Below, piece after piece: positions 12,539-24,640 of a DNA stretch of 64,000 bases (its first letter is position 1; every line of letters begins with the position of its first letter). The stretch covers positions 6,572,001 through 6,636,000 of the forward strand of contig CM022679.1 of assembly GCA_012295275.1 (NCBI GenBank), read 5' to 3'. The stretch is from Chrysomallon squamiferum. Lineage: Eukaryota > Animalia > Mollusca. Below the pieces are notes generated by a model. It saw nothing but the letters and a program-made list of their open reading frames with translations. It searched no databases and had not been told where the DNA came from. The position numbers and the translations under genes are program-made.

Positions 12539-14772
12539 TATATTTTAATATAGGTTACTGCTAATCTAAGATAAAAAGATTATAATTATGTGACTTCCTA
12601 CACATTCTGCATGTGCCTTTATGTGATTTCATGCAACTAAATTAATTTTTATCTTCTAGTAATTAATTTAACCTGATGATTTAAAATTAATACCATTTCT
12701 AACTGTCATATATTAATATATTTATATATGACCATTTATCTGAGGTAAATGGTTAATAAAAATGTTAAAGTATCATGAATACATTTTTGGATTTCTTCAA
12801 TCTGATTCTTCTCTTTTGTAGTTCCTATTTTATTTTCAATTGATGAATAAATAAGTTTTTGAAATAAGTAAAGAAAAACAATAAGAAAAAAAATATAAAA
12901 TAAAAATTACACACTCCTATTAAGCTGGAGCAAGTTTGATATTACAGTACAATCTAGTAAGTAATGAATTATAAATATGATAATATACAATCATTTTAAA
13001 AAGCCATTGTTCTAATGTTATTCATATAACTTTCTTCATCTAAACTTTCTACAATTTTTTGTGGTTTCAGTTTAAAATGACATTCCATTATTAAAGTTAA
13101 TTACATAGTAACTAACTAAATGGCAAAGCTTTGGCTTAAATAACAAAATCACGAAGCAAATTTAATATGTTATTTCAATTTATGCATTTTATAAATAAAA
13201 ATATGCATAAAAAGGAATAATAAAGTTTCTAAATAGTACTGAATAAAAGTCATAAAAAATATTCTGTGGTTCACATAAAATTTATTAGGAACAGATAACA
13301 AAGTGCATGCATGAAGTTTATTAAAGTTTGAAAAACTTAGTTATTCTCATGTGACAACATTTAAATGTAAGTTGCATAAAAATATGATCCAGATGTTAAC
13401 TTTAAATAACAATTACATTTTGTGAAAGAGCTTCCAAAGTACAAGAATGTCCAAATCAAAAAGCCTGGAAACTTAATTTGAAAAATATTCATAAGGACAT
13501 CTCTAACATTTGTAAGCTGCATACTTTTGAATATGAAATAATTCACAGTATTTGGTACACAATTTTAAAACATGTCTGACTTGAAAAATACATTTTCTGG
13601 TATCTTCTAATTTGTTGTTTATTTTTGATTTTAGTGAAGAGAAGTGGGGAAAACGTGAGATACCAGGAAAACTGAACACAAATTGTTAATTTTGATATAC
13701 ACAAATAAATAAAATGGTAACACTGAGGTATACATGATTATATATCAGAAATAAAACATTTTTGAGAAAAACTCTGGCTTTCATTTTAGCAAAATATTTG
13801 TTTCATTAAATTTGGAGATTAAAAACATTTAAAACATTTTTGTAAGATGCTATAACAATATAATTATATTTAAACCATACAAATGTTTTTTTATTTCAAT
13901 GAATTTATTTGTTTATAAAGCCTTTAACAAATTACTTTTTTGATAAATTTATAATTAATCATACAGAAAAATTTCAGAATGAATTCATATTAATTTGTTG
14001 TTTTAATGTCAAAGACATTAATATTTTAATGTTTAATGTTTCAAAATCTTATGCAGTATGTAGGTTTTTTCAAAACATCTTCACAAAAACATGCAAAAAA
14101 AACAACAACAAATAAAAACAAACAAAAAAAGATTTATAAACATATAAAATAAAATAATATAAGCTTTCCTAGTTAATCGAAACATTTAAAAGATTTCATT
14201 ACCACAACACCCAAAATTATCAGTGATATTTAGTTATATTTGTTTAGTTTTTGCATAGTATACTTACATCCTCTTGCTGTAAAAATAATTATTTTCTATA
14301 GTTTATATTCAGTTTATGAAATAAATATTAATTTACATTTCACTAAATAGATAAATTATCCTATTGAAACATACCAATGTATCAAAAACTAGTGAACATT
14401 TTAAGTATTAGGCAATGATGAAAATAAAAATTAAAAAAACATTAGTGAAAACTGAAGAATACCAGCTAGAAATATAGAAAATTGTTAGAGAAGTTCAAAC
14501 ATAAGTGAAATGATAAAGAATAGTATGATGTTTTGAAAGTTTAAATGGATAAGCAGAGACTTAATTAATATTCTAAAATTCACAAACCTGAAACACTGTA
14601 AACAGGATTCAAAAAATATGCTTCATGCTGCTGTGGTAGCATATACCTCCTACGACTTATTGAAGGATGTTTTGTTGGATACATTGGTGTATTGTCATAC
14701 ATTTTTGTAGACAAGCGTGTTGCAATACTTGCTCTGTCATCATATTCATTTGGTTTTCTTATGTGTCTTTTC
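12417..14772 (-). CDS. Gene 2 cytoplasmic tail exons (14588-14772, microexon 14268-14276, final exon 12417-12436)
   Basis: KRHIRKPNEYDDR...YFLNPVYSVS-(ARGY or D)-DDPAI*; contains NPVY; TAG stop at 12417-12419. Confidence 0.72.
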
Positions 14773-17700
14773 CTATAAACCAGATAATTTGCCATACATT
14801 ATATATAAACAGATGCCTCTGCTGATCATGAAACGTAACATTTGACAAGAATTAATTCTATTTGTTTAATGATGACATTTTATTTCTATTCCAGTTTTTC
14901 ATACAAATGTTTACAAACTCATAATATTAGGAGCAATTCAAAGTACATAAATCCTTGTATGGCTAATATCATCATCATTTTCAAAGCATTGCTTAATCAA
15001 AATACTTAACACTAAAATTAAAGTCATAAATATCATGAACCCAATAACTACATAAACAAATGAATAAATTAAAATATAAATTTTTATATGGCAATGATGA
15101 TTTGAATTCTACAATAGAAATTGATTTAAATACATTTAACAAGCTAAACAGATATAAAGGAAATGAGCAATAAAGATGTATTCAATACATACCTTGCCAT
15201 AACACAGACACAAACAACAATAAGGATAATGAAAAGTAGCAAAGCAAGCACAGTAACCACAGCAATAATAATGGTTTCTTGGGTGTTGGGTGACAAACTT
15301 TGTGCAGCTGAAATCAAAAACACATAAAGTATTTTGATTAGAAAAAATATGTAAAAGTAATAATGTAATATAAATATTAAAAACAAGACAGGTGAAAAAA
15401 GGCAGAGAGTTATAAAAAGAAGATAATGAAAACAATAAAAGCACATCTGAAATAACAAAAAAAAAGTTTAACACTTAATGAATATTTCCTATCAACTTTA
15501 ACATAAGCAGAAAAACAATTAAACACACCATATCTCCAAATAAATAAAACAAATAAAAATCTTTAATGCAAATTTTTTTATTGGTTTTTGGAATAAATTA
15601 AATAAGCAACTAATACTTTAAATTAATATTTATATAATTTATGAATAAAAAACGTCTTTTTTTACGTTGTTTTAATTTCTGACTTCTTTAGGTAGGTAAA
15701 CTATAATATTTATTGTATAAAGGTTTTTTCTCCATCTTTTTTATTACATTTGCATAACAACATTAAAAAACAATCAAAAAACCCTGTCAGGTAAATATTT
15801 AATTTATTATGTGTTCATGTTTATTAAATATTTATATTTTTTTAAATGAAGATGTAAAAAAATTGCTAATAAAAAGGGTATGTATAAGAATAGCACAAAA
15901 AAAAACCACACACAAAAAAAACCTTTCTCTTACATTTTTCAAAACATCTTTTTAGTAATCAAAAATAAAATATATATGCACTCAATACCTATATTCTTTT
16001 GTTCTTCACATTTAAACCAAACTTTTTTAAATTAAAAACAGTTAAATGGGAAGATTGTTTATTGTTTTTAATACCTTTCCTTATTTCACACCGGTCTCCT
16101 GTGTAAACCTCATCACATATGCATCTCACTGGAGGCCCCTCAATGCATGTTCCTGAATTGCAGTATCCCGTTTTGCATTTATCTGTAAAAAAAAAAAAAA
16201 AATGGAAAATAAGAATGCAAACATATGTAAGGAAAGAATAGTTGTCTGTAATAATTTCCATAAATATATTGAACAAAAAATTTATTTTGAAAATTTTATT
16301 TATAATATAACCAACAATAATAGAAATATAATGTTAAGAACGAAGTCAAAATTATAACAATAACATATTATTATAATAATAATATTATGTAATGTTGGAC
16401 ATGGAAAAGTTTGAAAATCATGAAATGTAAATCTGTAGCAAATAACAAACAAAGGTTGTGGTAAACATTAGAGAAAGAATTATATAAATTTGGTCTGTAA
16501 TTAACACATCCGTATTTTCAGTTGTTATAATCTTTATCTATTAATACTTACGTTCACAAACAGTTCCATTTCCTACATAGTCAGAGTTGCATGTGCACAC
16601 AGAAGCATTTGGAGTATTTTTACATGTAGCATGTATGGAACACTTTGGCTTGTTTATTTCACAAAGGCCTGTAAATATTTTGAATAAATTCAGTACGTCC
16701 AAATTTAAATTCTTGGCAAATTATAAATTGATTTTGTTTTATTTTTAAGAAATAAATATTCGATTAAATAAAAAACATCTGACATATGTCAGATCACTGT
16801 TTTAGGTGTATCTTTTTTTAATTTTTATTAAAATGATTTTTGCTTTCATTAATTACTATGAGATATCATATTTTAAATTATACATTATAGTTTGATTTGA
16901 AGTCAACATATGAATTTATACCTTTACAGTCAGATCTTGATGTCTTGCCAGTTCCATTTGTAAAATATCCTCCTGGACAAGACTCACATGAAAATGAATT
17001 TGCAGCAGGTTGATATGTATTGTTAGGACACAACTCACAGGAATTTTCAGTACGACTGAAATACTGACCTGCAGTGCATGGTGCTGAAAAAAGATTGAAA
17101 TTTAATTGAAATGAGATTAAATCAGTATTATTATCCAAATACCCCATATATTACAAAATAAAAACAACTAAATCCTATAAAAACAACACATATGGATGAT
17201 TCTGATTTTCTAATACCTATATACACAGGATGATAATAATTACAATATATCCATTGCATATTGCAGAAAATATTCTCAATTACTTCATATGAACCATAAA
17301 ATCTTTTTTGGCTTTTAAATGGTATAATAATAATTGTAAAGTTGTCAAGACTCTAATTATATTATTTAAAAAATATATATATTTTGATAAATACTTACAA
17401 ACAGAACATTCATTAACTGAAACAGCTTTTGTTCCTTGTGTGGTCAAGCCATTGGTACAATTAGCACACTTCCAGGTCTTGGAACTATCACGGTATGTAC
17501 CAACTGGACAGTCCACACAACGGTCATTAACTTCATCGAGTTCCTGTCCAGATGGACAATTACCTTAAATTGTAGAAAGTTAAGATTTAATTTTTGTTAC
17601 TGAAACCAAATTACTCCACAAAACTGATTACTTCTCAATGGCAGAACATTTTTCTTCTAAAACAATGACAACTGATTTCAAAACAATTTATAAAGAAATA

Positions 17701-20700
17701 AAATCTTTTAATAATTTATAACTATAAACTGAATTTATTAATACTGGATATTAAGTTAAAACATACATTTTTTTGACAAATTGTTATTAAATTTTATCAA
17801 TTTATGTAACCTGTAAATGCTATTGTAAAATGTACTGTTGAAATTTCATCACTAGACAAGATAAACTTTGTTAGAAGCATAACATTAACTGTCATTCATG
17901 TCTGTCTGTTCTGTTTTTATTCTAAGTGGCAAGCAAGTAAAAAATGAACATCATTTCTGTTAGTAATTATTTTAAAATTTTCACAAAAACTGAACAAAAA
18001 TGTCATAGTCCACAAAAGCATAATGTTTCCAGTAATTGTCACACTTAATGTTTCAAACCTCTTTCTTTTACAGTGTTTTTTTTCAGATAAAAGAAAACAA
18101 AAAAATCCATCAACATACGAAGACAACTTGCAGCTGATGTACTTCCTTTCTCTTTAGTTGTATAATTGTTTGAACAATGGATACAGGACTCCATCCATTT
18201 TTCATTCTGATAGCTGCCTCGATCACACTTTGTACACTGATTAGTAAAACGATTTCTGTAGTAACCAGGGGTTGTGCAGTTTGCTGTGAAATGTTAAAAT
18301 ATATTAAAATATTATAAGTGATAATTCTCTATATACTGCTTACATGGTAAATACATTACCTGTGCTACTTATTTACAATGTTTTGTTTGCAACCTGATAT
18401 ATATTATTAATAATGTTGTTTGAAATCTCTAAAACTGTCAAAATTTAAATTTAATGAAAAGATTCCATTTTCAGCTATCATTTCCAAAATTTCATTGTAT
18501 GAAATGAACAGTTCTTATAACTAAGGAACAGTAGTAACTACCATAAAAGTAATAATTTAAGACCTAACTTTTAGAAAATTGTACATTAAATGAACATTTT
18601 GTTATTTCAAAACTCATTTATAATAAAATTATTTGCTTATTACAAAATCTTACCTATAGAACAGTCAGATTTACTTGTAGCTCCTGTCCCAGCAGTAATA
18701 AACTCAACAGGACACAATGTACACATGTCATTCTCTTTGTTCTGGTTGTCTTGGAAATAGCCACGTTGACAGGGAGTACAAACCTGGTTGACTATCTCCT
18801 CACCAGCTTTGCATTTAGCTGTAATGGAAAAATATGTATAAGTATCTAATATTAGTTACTAAGCAGTTTAGTACATTATTAACAATAATAAATTTCACTG
18901 CATTAGTTTTTGTTGTATACAACTATAAAATCAGATGAATAATTATTTTAATTTTTATTGATTTTTTAAATTATAGAGTCAGTTCAAGTAAAAAAGTATT
19001 AAATAATTTAAAGCACTACTGAGAAATTAACTTTCAAGAAATGTTCAAGCATTCTGATACATAATTTTAATTCTTGTCTGAAAAAAAAAGAGAAAAAAAA
19101 AAGAAATTGCATTTCCTATAGAAAAGTTTCCATAAAAAATAATATTTGAATTCTTGCTTCAGGAAGCCATTTCACAAATTAATCTACAAAAAGATGTGAT
19201 ATTAGATGCTTACACAAACATTCACTGGAATTTATAACCTCCTTTTTATATGTAGTGAATAATGTTTCACATTGTAGACATTTATCTTGCCATTTGTCAG
19301 GCTGATAAAAACCATAATCACATTCCAAACAGTCATTATTATTTCGGAAATAACCAGGCAAACAGCCAACTATTTATTTTTTATATATTGTTTTGGGAGG
19401 TTTTCATGGATGGAAGATTTTTTTCTTCCTTTAAATGTCATTCATTATATTTATAATAATATGTTTCCAGATATTTTAATTAAATATAACAACCAAATAT
19501 CTTAAAATTTTTATAGATCAACATTAAAATTATAATTATTCAATATGTAACTGATATAACTTAAAAAAGATGGTCATTAAACCACTTTTTTCATTTTTTT
19601 ATTTGTTTTAATAATTGATTTTCCATATTCATTTCCAATTTATTGTGATCCTGGTTATGAAAAAAATCCAGAGACTGGTGCATGTGAAATTTGTGATCGA
19701 GGTTATTTCAAAGACAATAATGTTGATGTGTTCTCCATGTGTACAGTTTGTTCAAACTCATCCTATATTACTGCAGGGAAAGGGGCCACATCAGAATCAC
19801 AATGTACTGTTGGTGAGTGCTGGTCCCTGGGACAAATTTGTATATACATTTTGTACCTTTATTATTTATAACATTAAAAAAATTGGTGAGCTAGTTTATT
19901 TAAAGTTATTGAACATCCATGCTAATCAGCATCAATTTATGTTTGCTCTTATTATTATTTGATACATACTGTGAAGGTAAATGTGTCTAAAAGGCTTCCA
20001 TCCATGTAATAAATATTTAACACATTTAACAAAATAGCTGCTTCTGAACTTATCCAAAAGAAAAAAAGTTTGAATTATGGAAATACTAGATTGAACTTCA
20101 GATGATTAGAAAGGATCTTCCAATACAGATAACATTTCTATGACATTGTTAAATATTTAATAAATGCAGTGAACTGATCTTCTTCTTGATTTTGTATTTG
20201 ATATATAATTATTTCTTTAGCAATTTACTATCTATTCCAACATTATCTTTTAGTCAATAACAGATCTGAATAAAATAGTATGATACTGCTATTATCTGTA
20301 ATTAAACAAAACTGAGAGGGGAAGAGACAGTGTGAGGCAGAGAAAGAAAGAAGAGAGAGAGAGAGAGAAAACCCAATTTCAATACATTTAGTAAAATATG
20401 AAATTAGCTATGTAAAAATATTTTCTCAGCATGCATGCTAAAATTAAAACAGTCAAACTTACGTTTGCAGTCTTCAGCTTTAGAAGAAGCTTGAGATGAA
20501 GTTGTAAATCTTTCTCCTCCACATGATACACACTGATACTGATTAGGTTTATCTTGATAGGTGCCCAGTTCACATTTCAAACACTCCAGCTGATTGGATA
20601 TGTTTCTGTAGAAACCTGGCTGACAGTCACCTAGTTAAAAAAAAGTTTATTGTTTTGTACTTTCTTTTCAATGTCTTTCATAGAGAGGAATAAAAGAAAT

Positions 20701-23700
20701 ATTTGTAAATCTGACATTTAATTAATGATATTTATTCATAATCTTTTAAATTTTCTTGTTTAATGATGAAAACTAACTTTTAATACTTTTTTATCAAACA
20801 ATTTCCTTTCAGATTTAGCTAATCTGATCAAACACTGCTTCTTACCAACATTACACATTAATGGAGAAGATGCTCCTGTTTCATTTGTTGTCGTTTTTTC
20901 AGGACATTCCACACAGGTGCGATCATTGGCTGTTCTGTACTTTCCAATAGGACAGGGCTGACATGATCCATCTTGAGAAATTTCTTTACCTGGTGGACAG
21001 TCATCTAAAAACAAATTATTTTATTCAGAAATTAATGTGTGGTTTAATTTATAAAATTAAAATAAAACCATTGTTAATATTTTATCAACAGACAGCCTTC
21101 AATATTTCACTAAATTTCATAATACAAATCAAAAATTATTCAATAAAATTAATTCTCAATTTTAGAAGAAGTAAGAAATTTAAACTAGTAATTAAGAAAC
21201 CTCATAAACTTACTGTAACAGTCAGATTCACTTGTAGATCCTTGAGCCCTTGTAGTGTTTTCCACAACACATGGTTCACAGTAGAACTGACCTGATGAAC
21301 TTTGGTAGAATCCATAATCACATTTTTCACATTTGTCAGAATTATAGCTAAAATATTCTCCAGGCGTGCATGAAGCTGAAAAGTAAAAATTATGAAAATA
21401 AAATAATTTTGAAATATTTTGACAGACTTCAGAAAGGAATCTGCTGTCATAATTTAATTTAGTATTTTATTTGCTATCAAAGTTCACAACAAATGGAACA
21501 TATCAAAATTGTTGATGTTTTTCATGTGCTGATTTATATTTTGCAGGTAACCAGAGACAATATATCCATTCATCCAAAGAACACAACTGCAACCTTTTTA
21601 TTAAAGCTGTTACAGTTACTCAAGTCATTCTAATATTTTTATTTTTCCAGTCAGAGAATTACCCCAGATAAAATATTATATACTTATTTCCCGTTTTGTT
21701 TGTATTTTTGGTTTCATTTAAAACTTAATCTGTGACAAAAGATGATAGTAATAAATGAAAATGAATATATATATATATATATATATATTTTTTAATATGT
21801 TCATGGATCCTGATTTAAAAGACTCCAAAGCAATATAAATATATATATATATATATAGTATTACTTTTAAATTAAAAAATCATAATTATATGTAATATTT
21901 AGAAAATATAATTTAAAAAAAAACAAAGCTTTCATACCTTTACAGTTAGTTTTGGTGTTTGATCCTGGCAGCTCTGTAGTTTTTCCAGAATCACATGGTG
22001 TACAAGATATTTGACCAGCTGATGTCTGATACTGACCTACTGGACAGTCATCACAGGTCTTGGTTACATTGTTGTAGAATGTACCTGGTGCACATTCCAC
22101 TGAAAAATAAAAAATGAACTATTATCAACAGCATATTTTCTACAACACAGAATCTTTAAAATTTAATCTCTCTATCTGCTTTATAAAAATCATGTATATA
22201 CAAAATATATAATGTTTTAAAAATTCATAAAGTGATAGATTTTGTAGAAAATTAATGTTTGTTTTTTTGTTTTTTGTTAAATGCATTTTTTATTATTATT
22301 ATTATTTTTTTATTAGTATTATATCTGGCAAAGCAAACGACTGTAATATGTCATGTACATAGTTTAAAACATTTTCAACACATGACACTGACACTAATAC
22401 AAGACAGTTAGTAACTGGAGGCTGGTGTATTTTCTGTGATCTTACTTTTTTGGGAGACAACTCAAAATAGTTATTTATTATTTCTATAATGTGCAGTGGT
22501 TTAACTTTATACATTAAAGTTACTTTATCCCTAATCATGAACTGGACAGATTTTAGCATCAGTTGAATACTTCTTTCTTTACCTAGCTAAAGCAATCATT
22601 GCCTTTCTATACAAACATACATCACTACTTGTGTTTTCCTTACTCATCACAGTCATCTAAAATGGTTAATCTGAACATAAATATAATTTTCTGACATGCT
22701 GGAAGTTTTATACTTGTAATTAAAATCAAAGACATCAGAACAAAGCATTAGCAATTCTGATCCAGTGAACATAACCTGAAACAAATATGGACATATTTAA
22801 ACGTTTGATTATGAAGAACAAACAATTAATTTATCAAGTACTCACCACATTCTTGCTGAACAAGAGCCTGACCAGATGGACAAGCAAGGTCAGCTGAGAT
22901 AACAACTTCATGACTTAGTGGAATGCCATTTGAAATTAAATTCTGTAAACATTTTGATTATATACATGTATGTGTGGATAACCAAGTAGCTTAAATTTTC
23001 TAACCAATTAAGTAAATAAATAAATAAATAAAAACAGTGAAAAAAATGTACATAACTCACATCAACAACTGATTCATTTTAAGTAATCGTGCATTTGATT
23101 TAAATTAAAAAAATATTTTCTTAAATATTAATTCTATATTTAAGTTGGGAACAAATCATTTTTTAATATTAATAATTTATAAAACAGATGGAAGTATTAA
23201 CTATGTAGAAATATCATTTTTAAGATTTTTTCCCCCAAAAATTGTAAATTTTAATAAAAGAAAACATATACTATTTATTAAAATGTTGTTTTATGTAGAT
23301 TTAAATTAAGAAATACAACTCTGATCTAACTTGAATTTAAATGTAAAAAATTTATAGCGCAATGAGAAATAAGAAGGTACTGAAAACTAAACTCACACTG
23401 AAGTCAAAATCATTATCAGTGAAAATGCTACGTTTTAGCACATCGGTAGCAGGCAGTGTTTCTCCAGATGTAGATGTCACAGTGACACTGAAACCAAACA
23501 GAAAATCCATAAACAGATTTATTTCAATATAATACTTTAAATGAATATATTCATTATACATTTTCATTTGAATATCTACAGTTTTGGCATCCATGGTTTT
23601 GATCAACCATAGTGCGATAACATTTACTCAACATAGTATAAAACAAATACTACAAAGCAGAGTGAGTTAAAAATCAGACGTTTTACTTCTATTTTTTTAA

Positions 23701-24592
23701 CATTAAATATCCTACCAGTATATTTCAGTAATTACAACAACTCATGAATCATTCTGATTAACAACTTTTGTGAAATATAATTCATTATTATTCACATGAC
23801 ATTTAAAAAAACATATGTATAAAGGGAAATGGAAATGTTTTATCCCAAAATTTACAGGGAACAGTATATTCAGATAATGTCATAACCAAAAATATACAGA
23901 GGGAGATAAATGTGGATGACATGAGACTGATATAAATATACATAAATATATATATGTGTTTTTGTGTGTGTGTCAAAATTGTTTTCACCTGGGTCCAATG
24001 ACATGTGTCACTGATGCAAGAATCCATTAAGATTTTTGTACTTGCCAGTCATTACTTGTTTTCTTTCTTCCAAAATGTTGGTTTCATACTATTGCCAGTA
24101 ATGATTAAAATATTTAAGAATGTTAGACACTATGTGTCTTCTTTTCTTAAATTGTGTGGCTAAATCTTTCTGTTTGGTTAGCGAATATGATGTAAACTCT
24201 TCTATTAATTTTACTTAGGAGTGCAATGTAAGTTTGATTTGTTGCTGGTTTTTTAGGTCACTTTTGCATTACAAATTCAGTAAGATGTGTGACATATGTA
24301 TTTAACAAAGTCACTACTTTTGATGCTAAATCCAAATGAGTGAATTCATTAACACATACTGGTAATAATCTCATTTATCTAGCTGCATATAGTAATTATA
24401 ACAAGGACAGCATCACTGCTCATTAAGACTTCAAAGAAATACAATTATTATGTAGACTAATTATGTGCCAGTTGCAGTAAGATGGGTATGTACTTGCAAA
24501 ATGTAGACAAAAGTAATTACTATATAAATTATTCTTTTGTTGTAACAAATTTATACCCAAATCTAGATAATGTAAATGTGTGTGTGTTGCAT

Positions 24593-24640
<48 letters not shown>

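Noticed and set aside
19615-19962. ORF-track 115-aa plus-strand ORF as an independent antisense gene
   Set aside because: It is an off-frame reading over the inverted exon; the meaningful frame is the Cys-repeat frame, and no other plus-strand exons were found.
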